DNA of 64,000 bases from an uncultured Verrucomicrobiae bacterium (GTDB lineage: Bacteria; Verrucomicrobiota; Verrucomicrobiia; Chthoniobacterales; UBA10450): NCBI GenBank assembly GCA_963815455.1, contig CAWFGO010000002.1, positions 384,001 through 448,000 on the forward strand, read 5' to 3'. Shown one piece after another: positions 1-10,780 of the stretch (the first letter of the stretch is position 1; every line of letters starts with the position of its first letter). The translations under genes and the position numbers were made by a program. Under the pieces are notes generated by a model that did no database searches, was not told where the DNA came from, and saw nothing but the letters and a program-made list of their open reading frames with translations.

Positions 1-360
1 ATTGGCTTGATGACAGGTTTGGCAATTGGCCGAGAAAATCTTTTTGCCGCGATCCCGGGGCGTTAGTTCGGCTTGTTGCGGCTCGCCCTGAGGTCCACCT
101 CCCTTTTTTGCCATTCGCGGCGCGCCGCCTAACGGATCGAGACCGTTACCGCTGAAATTTCCGGAGTAACGTCCGAGATAGGCGCCGCCAAAGAAAACGG
201 CGAGCCCGTAGATGGCGATCAGCCACATCGAAAGCGGTTCAAGGCCGACTCGCGGCTCGCGCTTTTCTCGCTGAACAGCCGCGTGCACTTCCTGGACGTC
301 GGCGAATTCGCTGTAGTCCATTCCCTGGCGCGGGCGCGATTCCGGTGAGCCTTCGTTCAT
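1..360 (-). CDS. Membrane-anchored c-type cytochrome (partial, runs off window)
   Basis: Manual translation MNEGSPESRPRQGMDYSEF...WLIAIYGLAVFFGGAYLG...GKKIFSANCQTCHQAN; one TM helix and a CxxCH motif; ATGA overlap with the upstream gene. Confidence 0.85.
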   Translation of the reverse strand, partial: MNEGSPESRPRQGMDYSEFADVQEVHAAVQREKREPRVGLEPLSMWLIAIYGLAVFFGGAYLGRYSGNFSGNGLDPLGGAPRMAKKGGGPQGEPQQAELTPRDRGKKIFSANCQTCHQAN

Positions 361-1226
361 TTTTTGGGCGGGGCCGGGCTAGCGGCGGGCGACGACACAG
401 GGGCAGGCGCCGGTGCGGCTGATTTTACTTCAGGCAAGGGATGCGATTGATCGAGAGACATAAGATAAGCGACCAGACATTTTGCTTCGTAGCTGGGGAC
501 AATCTCCCAGTTCTTGCGGGCTGCGCTCGAATTCATTAGCTCCAAGGCGTCGGCCGAGCGTTCACCCGATACTCGACGCTTTTCATAAAGGAAACGATAG
601 GCCGGCATGTTCGAGTCCCTGGAGATGCTGCGCGGTGAGTAAAGATTGAGATGATGCCAGGCCGCCGAATAGGCCGGGGGTCCGGCGGGCGTCGGGGCAG
701 GAACGGATTGGGGTGACGCAGCTGCAGCTGGAGTCGGGGCAGCGGCGGCCACAGGCGCTGACGATGCGACAGGACTCGCCGCCGGCGAAGCGCCACCTGG
801 ACTCGGGCCCGCTGCGGCTGCGGCGTTTTCCTCCTCCACGGGAGCGGCTTTCCCAATGTTGGCCAAGTCCGGGCCCAGCCGTTCTTTCCCGAGAAGTACG
901 GGTCGATCGAAAATATAGTCGCGGGGCGCGCTGCGGCGCATTCCCCATTTTGCATGCTGTCCCCAATCGCGCTCTCGATCGAGATCGGAAGCGGCATAAT
1001 CGGGGCGAAGTTGTTCGCTGTGGCAATAGATGCAGCCGTTGGCGACGTAAACCTGCCGCCCGCGTTCGACCATTCCCGATTGCGGCATTGGATAGATGTC
1101 AGTGCCTTCCTCGTCTGATTGCGGACTGAGATGACCGATTTGCCAATTCGGGATCAGAATCAGGCCGACCCACGAGAAAGCGAAGGTCCCAAAGATTCCG
1201 AGAAAAAGTGAAGCCAGGCCTTTCAT
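357..1226 (-). CDS. ccoO: cbb3-type cytochrome c oxidase subunit II-like (CcoO/FixO) with Pro/Ala-rich insert
   Basis: GRQVYVANGCIYCHSEQLRP, LGKERLGPDLANIG and SNMPAY motifs. Confidence 0.85.
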   Translation of the reverse strand: MKGLASLFLGIFGTFAFSWVGLILIPNWQIGHLSPQSDEEGTDIYPMPQSGMVERGRQVYVANGCIYCHSEQLRPDYAASDLDRERDWGQHAKWGMRRSAPRDYIFDRPVLLGKERLGPDLANIGKAAPVEEENAAAAAGPSPGGASPAASPVASSAPVAAAAPTPAAAASPQSVPAPTPAGPPAYSAAWHHLNLYSPRSISRDSNMPAYRFLYEKRRVSGERSADALELMNSSAARKNWEIVPSYEAKCLVAYLMSLDQSHPLPEVKSAAPAPAPVSSPAASPAPPKK

Positions 1227-2710
1227 ACGTGCGCTTCGGAGTCCTCCGCTTCGACTGGATTAAGGAATGTCGGGACGGTCGAGGTCCTCCCCAGACCAAA
1301 GAGCATTAGCCCAAAATGAAATGCGAACCCGAAATTCGCCACGATCAGCAGAATCCAGGAAAGACTCCGCCCACGGAGGTATGGGAGAACGGTTTGGATG
1401 GCTTGGCTGAAAGGGAGGGTGGGGTTGTCCATGTTCGCGCCCTGAAGCAGGCCCCCGGTGAACAGCATCAAGACCATAAGGCCAATCCCGTAAGCCGAGC
1501 CCCAGAAATGCAATTTGATGAGCGAGGCGTAACGCCATTCCCGCCCCACCAATCGCGGCACGATGTAGTACATCGAGCCGAAAATGATCATGGTGTAAAA
1601 AGCGTAAAGCCCGAGGTCCGAATAGGCCGCGCTGGTTTCGGTAAAGTTCGCGTACCGGGCCACGGAGCGCAGCGAAATTAAAACGCCGATCAGACTAAAG
1701 ACCGTGTAAGACATCGCGCCGAATACGGTGAAGCGCAGCGTGGGGCTATAACGCATCAGCGGAAAATAACCTTGCATCGTCATGTGATGATTCAGGCCGA
1801 CCGTGGCTACCGGAATGATGGTGAGGATCGTCGCGGCGATGCTGGCCGTTATCATCCAGGCGGGAAACGGTCCATCGACCAGGCGTTGCATTCCCGTCCA
1901 GCTCGAAAAAAGGGCGTATGTCCAAAAACCGATAGTGGCGAGATGGTAACTGTAAACCGGACGCCCGATGACCTTCGGGATCATATAATACGCGACGCCC
2001 AGTCCGATCGCGCCGAGCCACAGGAAGAGCAGATTGTTTCCATACCACCAGGACACGGCGGCTTGCATCACCCCTTGCACAGGCACGACGAAGAGCATCA
2101 GATTGGCCGCGGCATAGAGCCATGGGAACCAGAGGAACGCGCCTACCAAATACCATTGGGTGATGTAAATCTGCTCGCCGTGCCTAAAACGGAACATTAA
2201 TACCGCCCAGGAAATGATCAGGGTATAGGCGACGAAGAGAACGATCGCCGCGTAGGGCGGAAACTCGAGCCAGTGATAGCCAGTGCCTTCTCCCGCCAGA
2301 ATTCCGCCAACGCCGAGGAGCACGCCAAAATTCCAAAAACCGGCGCCGGCGACGAGCAGAAGCGGGTGGCGCAGAGTTGTCCGGCACAGCCGGGCCACGA
2401 TCCAAATTGCGGTGCCCATTCCGGCCAGGGAAGCCCAGCCGTACACCATCACGTTCATCTGGGCCGGTCGCATCCGTCCCCAGGTGAGAAAGCTGATGTT
2501 CGAGAGAAAATCCGGCGCATGCATCTTAAAGGAAACGAATCCGGCCATCAGCGTGCCGATAAGCAGCCAGACAATCGCCGACGCGTAAAACATCAACACC
2601 GGCACGCGGGTCGAGGCATCGATCAACACGCGTTCGACCTGGTCGACGTCGGTGGCGGTAGCGCTCGCGGGAATCGTCGGTTCTTTCAACGGAATTCCGG
2701 GCGCGCTCAT
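1223..2710 (-). CDS. cbb3-type oxidase subunit I-like (CcoN fold) lacking canonical His ligands
   Basis: About 12 TM helices; LTWGRMRP, WWYGNN, YYMIPK..GRPVYSY and YYIVPRL motifs match CcoN, but the His positions are substituted. Confidence 0.85.
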   Translation of the reverse strand: MSAPGIPLKEPTIPASATATDVDQVERVLIDASTRVPVLMFYASAIVWLLIGTLMAGFVSFKMHAPDFLSNISFLTWGRMRPAQMNVMVYGWASLAGMGTAIWIVARLCRTTLRHPLLLVAGAGFWNFGVLLGVGGILAGEGTGYHWLEFPPYAAIVLFVAYTLIISWAVLMFRFRHGEQIYITQWYLVGAFLWFPWLYAAANLMLFVVPVQGVMQAAVSWWYGNNLLFLWLGAIGLGVAYYMIPKVIGRPVYSYHLATIGFWTYALFSSWTGMQRLVDGPFPAWMITASIAATILTIIPVATVGLNHHMTMQGYFPLMRYSPTLRFTVFGAMSYTVFSLIGVLISLRSVARYANFTETSAAYSDLGLYAFYTMIIFGSMYYIVPRLVGREWRYASLIKLHFWGSAYGIGLMVLMLFTGGLLQGANMDNPTLPFSQAIQTVLPYLRGRSLSWILLIVANFGFAFHFGLMLFGLGRTSTVPTFLNPVEAEDSEAHV

Positions 2711-3323
2711 GTTTTCGTTTGGAGGATCGACATGTTCATTCGTAACGGACTCAAATTAGTTATGGCGTTTGTGCGGGGAACCGGTGTCGGTGATGCCGCC
2801 GCTGGTGATTGTGCAGGCGCCACAGGTTTATTGACCGCAGCGGCGGGTTGTCCGTGCGCTTCCGATTTCGGGCCCGAGACCGAGGTCGCTGTCGGGGTCC
2901 CGGCTGGCGTCGGCGAGGCAGTCGGCGCCGGAGTTGGCTTTGGCGCAGCCGTGCGGTCGGGGCCGGCGCCGCCGAAGCCTGAGGTGCAGGCGTGGCGATT
3001 GGACCCGCCGCAGCAGGTTGTTTCTGCGCCAGATCGGCAATGGTTAGTTGCATCGCTTGCTCGATTGGCACCCGAACAGTGCCCTTGGCCTTGTCGATCC
3101 AACCGTAAGTAGTAAGCGCTTTGGCGTTCTCGTCGCGAAGAGTTTTGAGCTTTTCTTCGCGAGCCTTCGCTCGTTTCTGTTCGTAATCATCGCTGCGCGG
3201 CGACGGCCCGATAATTGCCAGCACGATCACACCGAAGATGGCAAACAACACCACTACGCCCACCCACGTGGAAAAGGGCGCGCGCGTTTGCGCTACTTCG
3301 CGGAGTTGTTCCGACGTGGTCAT
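2707..3323 (-). CDS. actG: ActG-like small membrane subunit of ACIII (frameshift near 2970)
   Basis: One TM helix plus YGWIDKAKGTVRVPIEQAM motif; Pro/Ala tail continues in the 2707..3102 frame. Confidence 0.65.
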
Positions 3324-3324
3324 G

Positions 3325-4527
3325 TTAATTTATTGTTTTTAAAGATTCGATCAGGCGCGGGTCGCGGACTGGAAAGAGGGAAGTGCGCGGCAAAATTTGA
3401 ACGTAAACAAATGCGAGGGTTGTGCCGATCCCGATCAATGCGACGAAATCCCAGATGCTGACGTGGACGCCGGTGCCGTGCAGCGCGGGCAGGACGACAA
3501 TGTACATGTCGAGCATCTGCATCAGGACGATCCAGCCGGCCATGTAACAGAGACGACCCGGTTGCTTCTTGATCGACCGCAAGAGCAGAATGGCAAACGG
3601 TCCAAAGAAACGCCCGATTACCAGGAGCATGGTCAACGTCCACCACGATTGGGTATTCCGGACGATGAAATACTGCGTCTCCTCCGGCATGTTCGCATAC
3701 CAGATAAGCATGTATTGACCGAAGCCGATGTAGGCCCAGAAAACGCAGAAGGCGAACATCCATTTTCCCATGATGTGGTAATGCTCGACGGTAACGATTT
3801 CCTTTAAATAACCGGCCCGGCGCAAAGCTGTAATCACGAGGACAAGCAGGGCCATGGAACTGCCGGCGGTCCCGGCAAAGATGTAAACGCCGAACATGGT
3901 CGAGAACCAGTGATAGTTCAGGCTCATCAGCCAATCGAACGCGCCGAAAGTGAGGCAGAGGGCAAAGACCGGTAAACTGGCGAACGCGATCTTGCGCATC
4001 CAGATGGTGTGCCGCGGATTTCCGTCCTTGTCCTGCCGCGCCGAAAACCGGAGCAACAACTGCGAAGCGATGATGAACAACCCGAAGAAAATTACGGCGC
4101 GGACAAGGAAGAAATTCCAATTGAGATAGGCGCGCTTGGAATCGAGCGCGGCCTCCTGTCCCGGCTGAATATTCATCCATTCGTAAAGATGATGTCGAAG
4201 CAATAGAACCGGCACAAAGAACAGCGCCATCATTGCCAGGAGCGAGCCGATGTTTTCCATTTGGCGCCGCACCACCACCGACCAGTTCGCATCGGTGGCA
4301 TGATGAACGATCGTCCAGAAAAAGCAGCCGGCGCACAGGGTAAAGAAAAAAGCGAAAGCGAACAGCCAGGAGAAACTGAATTGCTGAGGATCGACAAACG
4401 CGCCCACGATGCAAAGAGCCAGGGCAATGAAAGCGACCAGCCCAAGAAGGATCGAGAGCCCGGTAAAACGGCTGCTCTCGAAACGCTCGCCTTCCGGCGC
4501 GGGCAAGTTATGAGAACGATCGCTCAT
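3325..4527 (-). CDS. actF: Alternative complex III membrane subunit ActF
   Basis: About 10 TM helices; FDWLMSL..HWFSTMFG and QYMLIWYANMPEET; operon position. Confidence 0.9.
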   Translation of the reverse strand: MSDRSHNLPAPEGERFESSRFTGLSILLGLVAFIALALCIVGAFVDPQQFSFSWLFAFAFFFTLCAGCFFWTIVHHATDANWSVVVRRQMENIGSLLAMMALFFVPVLLLRHHLYEWMNIQPGQEAALDSKRAYLNWNFFLVRAVIFFGLFIIASQLLLRFSARQDKDGNPRHTIWMRKIAFASLPVFALCLTFGAFDWLMSLNYHWFSTMFGVYIFAGTAGSSMALLVLVITALRRAGYLKEIVTVEHYHIMGKWMFAFCVFWAYIGFGQYMLIWYANMPEETQYFIVRNTQSWWTLTMLLVIGRFFGPFAILLLRSIKKQPGRLCYMAGWIVLMQMLDMYIVVLPALHGTGVHVSIWDFVALIGIGTTLAFVYVQILPRTSLFPVRDPRLIESLKTIN

Positions 4528-5216
4528 TGTTTCTCCATCTCAGCGCGATGTTCCGCCGGAACATCGGCAATGGTTGCGTTTTGACTGCGCTGGAGAGCGC
4601 GCAGATAAGCGATGATCGCCCACCGATCAGCCACGGTGACGTTCGGTCCGTAGGCCATCATCGTGTTCTTGCCGTGCGTGACGGTGTTAAAAATTTCGCC
4701 GTCAGCCATCTTGCGAATCCGGTCGTCCTGCAACGTGACCACGGTGGCGAGACCATATTGTTTGGTGATGCCGTTGCCTGCAGCGCTGGCGCCGTGGCAC
4801 ATCGCGCAGGTGATATCGAATCGGTGACGGCCGCGCTCCATCAATTCCGGCGTGACCTTGAGCGGAATGCCCGTGCCCCAATGATCGCCCATCTTTCCGG
4901 TGTTGTAATAATCGGTGCCGGCGCTGAAGGCGACCTGCGAATGGGCTCGAGGCGATTCAACCGAAACTGCCGGTGTTGCGATCGTTTCCGGTTTCGGCAT
5001 TTCGTAGCCGATCGGCACCGTGCCGGCCACAGGCAGGCGCGATCCTCGACCATCGGCAAAAAATCCGAGCGGGGCCTGCGCGCGCACTTTCATCTGGCGC
5101 ACCATGTCGGGGAAAACCTCGATCGGCGAGCCGGTGCTTTTTTGTCCGCGAAATCCCAGCACGGCAACAAGCGCGACGGCGCACAGCAGGAACATTACGA
5201 GAAAGCCGCGGATCAT
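4524..5216 (-). CDS. actE: ACIII monoheme cytochrome c ActE
   Basis: DMVRQMK, FFADGRGSRLPVAGTV, CAMCH and DRWAIIAY. Confidence 0.9.
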   Translation of the reverse strand: MIRGFLVMFLLCAVALVAVLGFRGQKSTGSPIEVFPDMVRQMKVRAQAPLGFFADGRGSRLPVAGTVPIGYEMPKPETIATPAVSVESPRAHSQVAFSAGTDYYNTGKMGDHWGTGIPLKVTPELMERGRHRFDITCAMCHGASAAGNGITKQYGLATVVTLQDDRIRKMADGEIFNTVTHGKNTMMAYGPNVTVADRWAIIAYLRALQRSQNATIADVPAEHRAEMEKQ

Positions 5217-5773
5217 TCTTCCTCCTCGTGAATAATGGTGATGTGCTGGCCGCCGGTGCGTTCGAGAAGCTCGCGCGCTTCGATTTCGGTAAAGCGCGGG
5301 TCGCGCGCTTCAATCGCGAGAAAGAAACCGTCGTTGGTGGCGCGTTTGAATCGTTCCCAGTTAAAAATCGGATGATTCCAGCGGGGCAGACCGTTCATGA
5401 TCTGCCAGGCGAAAAACGCAGCGAACGCCGCGAACAGCACGGTCAGCTCGAACATGATCGGGAAAAACGCCGGCACGGTGAAAAAGTTCGTCGGTTTGCC
5501 GTGAACGACGAGCGGATACAGAAATGACGATGGACCAAATTCGACGAACGCCGCGGTGCTCAACCCGGTGATACCGCCGATCAATACCCAAGTGCTCAGC
5601 CACGATTTGCCAAGCCCCATCGCCTCGTCCATTCCGTGGATTGGAAATGGCGAAAAAACATCCCAGCGTTTGAACCCGGCATCGCGCACCATTTTCGCCG
5701 CTTCATAAAGCGCGGCCGCACTCGGATATTCCGCTCCCATTGCGTAAACTTTGTGACCGGAAGGCGTTTTCAT
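5213..5773 (-). CDS. actD: ACIII subunit ActD (DUF3341)
   Basis: [16 protein letters not shown] and [13 protein letters not shown]. Confidence 0.92.
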   Translation of the reverse strand: MKTPSGHKVYAMGAEYPSAAALYEAAKMVRDAGFKRWDVFSPFPIHGMDEAMGLGKSWLSTWVLIGGITGLSTAAFVEFGPSSFLYPLVVHGKPTNFFTVPAFFPIMFELTVLFAAFAAFFAWQIMNGLPRWNHPIFNWERFKRATNDGFFLAIEARDPRFTEIEARELLERTGGQHITIIHEEEE

Positions 5774-7231
5774 GCTTGCTCCATTCCTCCGGACGCGACC
5801 GGATGACTCTCAGTCGCTCCGCCATAATGCGCATCCGCTTCCGGCAGCACGATCTTCACTTCCGACATCGCGATCATGGGAAGGAAGCGAATGAAAATCA
5901 GGAAGAGCGAAGTGAAGATGCCGAGCGTGCCGATAAAGGTCCAGAGATCCACCCAGGTGGGGATAAACAAGCCCCAGGACGAGGGCAGAAAATCGCGATG
6001 CAATCCGCCGACGATAATGATGAAGCGCTCGAACCACATGCCGGCGTTCACGCACATGCAGACGAAATAGACGACGAAGATGTTGCGCCGGCACCAGCGG
6101 AACCAGAAGAGCTGCGGCGAAAGCATGTTGCAGAACAGCATTCCCACCCACCAGTACCACCAGTAGGGACCGAACACGCGGTTCCAAAACGCGAACCGCT
6201 CGTAGTCGCTGCCGCTATACCAGGCGATGAAAAACTCCATGGCGTAGGCGTAACCGACAAACGAGCCGGTCAACAAAATGACCTTCGCCATCTTGTCGAT
6301 GTGCTGCGGCGTGATGATGTCGTGCAGTTTGAAAATCGCGCGCGCCGGGATCATCAGCGTCAGCACCATGGCGAATCCGCCAAAGATCGCGCCGGCGACG
6401 AAGTAGGGCGGGAAAATCGTGGTATGCCACGTGGGCAGGATCGACGTGGCGAAGTCGAACGATACGACGCTGTGCACGGAGAGAACCAGCGGCGTGGAAA
6501 GACCGGCCAAAAGCAGATAAGCCATTTCGTAATGACGCCAGTTGCGGTTCGAGCCGCGCCAGCCGAGCGCGAAAAGCCCGAAGAGAAATTTCTTGATCTT
6601 GGTGGTCGCGCGATCGCGCAACGTGGCCAGGTCTGGGACCAGCCCGGTGTACCAAAACAGCACCGAGACCGTGAAATAGGTCGAGACGGCAAACACGTCC
6701 CACATCAGCGGGCTGCGGAAGTTTGGCCAGATCGCCGAAGTTATTCGGTATCGGCGCGAGATACCACGCCATCCAGACCCGACCGACGTGGATGCCGGGG
6801 AAAATCGCGGCGCACATCACCGCGAAAAGCGTCATCGCTTCAGCCGATCGATTGATCGACGTGCGCCATTTTTGCCGGAGCAAAAATAAAATGGCGGAGA
6901 TCAGCGTGCCGGCGTGTCCGATACCGATCCAGAAAACGAAATTGGTGATGTCCCAGGCCCAGCCGACCGGATGATTCAATCCCCAGGTGCCGACGCCGGT
7001 GGAAATTTGATAGCCGAGACAGAAGAGCCCGAACATCGCGATCGACGCGGTGATGGTGAACGTGACCCACCACCAGCGCGGCGCCGGCTGTTCCACCACG
7101 CCTGAGATGCGTTCCGTGAGCCAGCTGAAATTCCGCCGGTTCAATACCAGCGGGACACGCGGAAGCGGCGCCTCAACCGAAGCTGTCGCTCCGCTCTTGA
7201 TCACGTCTGGCGATGTGGGTGTTTCTTCCAT
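5770..7231 (-). CDS. actC: ACIII NrfD/PsrC-family quinol-binding subunit ActC (frameshift near 6735)
   Basis: [23 protein letters not shown] then (WPNFRSPL)[10 protein letters not shown]; removing one G joins the two ORFs. Confidence 0.9.
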
Positions 7232-7244
7232 ACGTCAGAATGCC

Positions 7245-7359
7245 GTCATTCCAAGCCGCGCAGACGGCCAGGAATCTCGCCCAGGCTGTTGGCTAACGAT
7301 TTCAAAAAGTGTTATCGCACACGGAGCAGCGTGAGGTCCTTCGCTACGCTCAGGATGAC
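7245..7359. repeat. Palindromic REP/MITE-like element, family A
   Basis: gtcattcc...gaggtccttcgctacgctcaggatgac; right arm shared with five other copies. Confidence 0.8.
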
Positions 7360-7404
7360 AAGCACAGAGCATCGTTTCCCTTTTAACAATATCGACAATC
7401 ATCA

Positions 7405-10400
7405 TCACGCTTTCCCCTGCGGGCTGGCTACGCCAATTTCACCTGCGTCGGGCATTTTAGGATTCGGGTTGCGAATGCGGGCGAGATAACTGGTTCGCGT
7501 GCGCACGTTCAGATATTGAAGCAATCGGTAATTGCGGTCCTGTTCTTTTATCTTCGAGACACGGCTTTCCGGATCGTTGATGTCGCCAAAAACAATCGCT
7601 TCGGTCGGGCAAGCCTGGGCGCAGGCAGTGGTAAACGAGTCGCGTGGAATCCGGGTATCGGCGGAAGCGCCGGCATGGACATGGGCAGCGATTTTTGCTT
7701 CCTCGATGCGCTGAACGCAGAACGTGCATTTCTCCATCACGCCGCGCATTCGGACCGTGACATTCGGATTCTTCTGCATCTTCACGATGTCCGGCGCGCC
7801 CTTGGTGGTGAGCGGGGCAAAGTATTCCTGATAAACGCTGAATTGGCCGGCGATTTTCTTTTTGCCGACCGGCCGCTGGTTGTAATCGAAAAAGTTGAAC
7901 CGGCGAACCTTGAACGGGCAGTTGTTCGCGCAATATCGCGTGCCGATACAACGGTTGTAAGCCATGACGTTGAGGCCGTCTTCGCTGTGAACGGTGGCGT
8001 TGACCGGGCAGACCGTTTCGCACGGCGCGTTTTCGCAGTGCTGGCACATCATCGGCTGATGCACCATTTCCGGGTCCTCCGGCCAGACACCTTTTTCCTG
8101 ATTGAACTGTTTGTCGCTGGCGTAATAGCGATCGATGCGAATCCAGTGCATCGCCCGGCCATGGCTTACCTGCAATTTCCCGACAACCGGAATGTTGTTT
8201 TCACTTTGGCAGGCAATGACGCAGGCACTGCACCCGGTGCACACATTAAGATCGACAGCCATCCCCCACTGCTGCGGCGCGGTCAACGGGGGATGCTGGT
8301 AAATGCTGGGCAGCTTGTGATCGGTTTCTTCGGCGGCCCCGGCCACCGTCTTCACAAACTCGTTATCTTTGCGGTAATTCTCGATCGTCGCTTCGCGAAC
8401 CAGGCCGCGGCCTTCAATGCTGAAATGGTCCTGCGTAGTCGAAAGCGGATAGGTGCGGCCGACCTTTGTCACCTTCACACTTTCGATTTGCTTCCCGTCG
8501 GCGGCGATGAAGTGCGGATTGATCGGCGTGCGTAACAGATAAGCATTGAAACCTCGTTGCTCGGCTTCGGTTGGTTTGGCGTCGGCCGCGCCTCCGGCGT
8601 AGGGCAGCGATTCGAAGCCCGGCATCTTGCGGCCATAACCGAGCGGGATCGTAATCGAGGAATCCGCGTGCCCCGGTGAAACAAGAGCGGCGATGACCAG
8701 CTCACGGCCGATCGGCTCGCGGCCGGCGCTCTTTTCAGCAATTGCCACTTTGATGAGATCGCCCGTTTCGACGCCGAGCTTCCTGGCGTAGACCGGGCTG
8801 ATGATCGCCGCATTGTCCCAGGCAAGTTTGGTAACCGGGTCGGGCATTTCCTGGAGCCAGCCGTTGTTAATGTATCGGCCGTCGTCGATCGAGTAACTGC
8901 CCACCAAGACGATCTCGGGCGAATCCGCGCTCGGCGCCGGCGATGCGTTCCAGAGATTTTGCATAACCGTGCGTGCGGCATCGGTATTAAACGACGGCGA
9001 CCGCTCCGCCGGTTTGACCTGCGGCGCGAAACCGTCCCGGAGAAATGCCGACCACGCGGTGGCAAAATCCCCGGATGGATTTGTTGCGCGAAACGTTTCC
9101 TGCACCAGTTCCGGGCCTTCCGGCTTTGGTCCGCCCAGTAACGCATTCAGCAGTTCGATCTCGGACAGACCGCCGAAGAGCGGCAAGATCATCGGTTGGA
9201 TCGACAAGTAACCACCATCGGCTGTAAGCGCGTCGCCCCAGGATTCGAGATAATGCGCCGCGGGAACATGCCACTGGCTCAGCGCCGATGTCGCGTCCTC
9301 GTGATAACCGAGCCGCACCACATTCGGCACCTTCTTCTGCACGTCGATCCAATCCAGCGGCCGCTTGGTTTCTCTCTCCTCCGCCACCGCGCGGTGAACG
9401 TTGTAAACCGGGTCGCCTCCGAGAACGAACAAGTGTTCGATGTGCCCGTCTCTCATCTCCGCCGCCAACTGCAGGATGCTGTTCGTGCGCGGATTGCGCG
9501 CAAAATCGTGCGCGATTAATGTCGTGCCGATATTCCTCAGCGCGGAATTGATCGCGTAGACAAGCAATTGTACCACCACGGGTTGATGCGGGCCGGCCAG
9601 CACCAGGCTCGCGCCCGGCTTGGACAAAAGATCTGCGGCCGCTTCACTCAGCCATTGCTCGTCGAACTTCGCCGCCCCAGCCGGTAATTGCACACCTGAC
9701 GTCAAAGATCCAAGAGTGGCATCGTTGGTTGCCGCAAAAATCTTCCCGGCCAGTGCGTAGGCAAATGCCGATATCTGGCTGGCCGGACAACGCAGGCGAT
9801 GATCCGCCATCGCGCCGGTGAGCGTGAAACGATTTTCGACAACGTAAAGCCGGTTCATCGTTTCCCGAGCCGATCCGATCCGGCGTCGCGAACTGAAAGC
9901 GCGCACCGAAGCGAGATCGCCTTCGCCGCAATCGAGAAAATCGCTGTCCATCGCCAGGATCACATCGGCTCGATCCAGGCGCGGCAGGAGCTGCAAGTTG
10001 TTGCCGAAAGCGACCTGAGTGGAATAGCTCTGCGCCTGGCTCAGGAGCGGGTCGTAAACGCACCAGCGCATGTTCGGGAACATTTTTTCCAGCTCGCCGC
10101 GTAAACGCTCCCGCGTGGGCGAGTAAGTCTCCTCGACCAGGAACGCCAGGCCGCTCCCTTGCTGCGAAGCGAGTTTCTTGCGCAATTCGGCCAGATAAGT
10201 CTCAAACTCCGCGCGATCGCTCGGTTTCCCGTTGTGAACGAAAGACTTCGAGCGCGTCGGATCGTAAAGATCGAGAACGGATGCCTGGGCGAACGCATCG
10301 CTCGCTCCTCCACTGGCGGGATGGAGAGGATTGCCGTCAACCTTGGTCGGTCGTCCATCGTTCGTAGTCACAACGAGCGGGATCGCGCCGGCTCGCCGCG

Positions 10401-10707
10401 GCATCGCGGTGGCGTAGAAAAGCGGTTTACCCGGGATCGTCCACTCGGCGCTTTTCGTAAACGGAACCAGATGCGCCTCGGGCCGGCGGCAACTGCTCAA
10501 GCCGAAACCGGCCAGCGCCATCGAGGCGCCCATCAATTTCACAAAACTTCGACGCGACCATTCGTCGCCATTCAATTGGTCGGCCCCGGCCGGAAATTCG
10601 TGCTCCAGCCATTCGTGAAACTCCGGCGTGTCGCTCAGCTCATCGAGGCTGCGCCAGTAACGCTTCCCGGTCGCCGAATCCGGCGGATGTTCAAAAACGC
10701 GTTTCAT
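7405..10707 (-). CDS. actB: ACIII ActB (molybdopterin oxidoreductase-like domain fused to Fe-S domain)
   Basis: YWRSL, Tat motif SRRSFVK, CTGCSACVIAC, CQHCENAPCETVCP, CIGTRYCANNCP and RGVMEKCTFC. Confidence 0.95.
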   Translation of the reverse strand: MKRVFEHPPDSATGKRYWRSLDELSDTPEFHEWLEHEFPAGADQLNGDEWSRRSFVKLMGASMALAGFGLSSCRRPEAHLVPFTKSAEWTIPGKPLFYATAMPRRAGAIPLVVTTNDGRPTKVDGNPLHPASGGASDAFAQASVLDLYDPTRSKSFVHNGKPSDRAEFETYLAELRKKLASQQGSGLAFLVEETYSPTRERLRGELEKMFPNMRWCVYDPLLSQAQSYSTQVAFGNNLQLLPRLDRADVILAMDSDFLDCGEGDLASVRAFSSRRRIGSARETMNRLYVVENRFTLTGAMADHRLRCPASQISAFAYALAGKIFAATNDATLGSLTSGVQLPAGAAKFDEQWLSEAAADLLSKPGASLVLAGPHQPVVVQLLVYAINSALRNIGTTLIAHDFARNPRTNSILQLAAEMRDGHIEHLFVLGGDPVYNVHRAVAEERETKRPLDWIDVQKKVPNVVRLGYHEDATSALSQWHVPAAHYLESWGDALTADGGYLSIQPMILPLFGGLSEIELLNALLGGPKPEGPELVQETFRATNPSGDFATAWSAFLRDGFAPQVKPAERSPSFNTDAARTVMQNLWNASPAPSADSPEIVLVGSYSIDDGRYINNGWLQEMPDPVTKLAWDNAAIISPVYARKLGVETGDLIKVAIAEKSAGREPIGRELVIAALVSPGHADSSITIPLGYGRKMPGFESLPYAGGAADAKPTEAEQRGFNAYLLRTPINPHFIAADGKQIESVKVTKVGRTYPLSTTQDHFSIEGRGLVREATIENYRKDNEFVKTVAGAAEETDHKLPSIYQHPPLTAPQQWGMAVDLNVCTGCSACVIACQSENNIPVVGKLQVSHGRAMHWIRIDRYYASDKQFNQEKGVWPEDPEMVHQPMMCQHCENAPCETVCPVNATVHSEDGLNVMAYNRCIGTRYCANNCPFKVRRFNFFDYNQRPVGKKKIAGQFSVYQEYFAPLTTKGAPDIVKMQKNPNVTVRMRGVMEKCTFCVQRIEEAKIAAHVHAGASADTRIPRDSFTTACAQACPTEAIVFGDINDPESRVSKIKEQDRNYRLLQYLNVRTRTSYLARIRNPNPKMPDAGEIGVASPQGKA

Positions 10708-10708
10708 A

Positions 10709-10756
10709 GTAGCACAGGCATCTTGCCTGTGGGGCCGGCGGGCGTCTCGCCTGCCG
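10709..10756. repeat. GTAG-type double-hairpin REP, family B
   Basis: gtagcacaggcatcttgcctgtggggccggcgggcgtctcgcctgc; near-identical copy at 28475. Confidence 0.8.
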
Positions 10757-10780
10757 AAAATTGGCGTGGAAATTCGCTTC

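Noticed and set aside
5770..7231. actC as a pseudogene or programmed frameshift
   Set aside because: A single extra G with no slippery site, both halves fully conserved, and similar indels across the window
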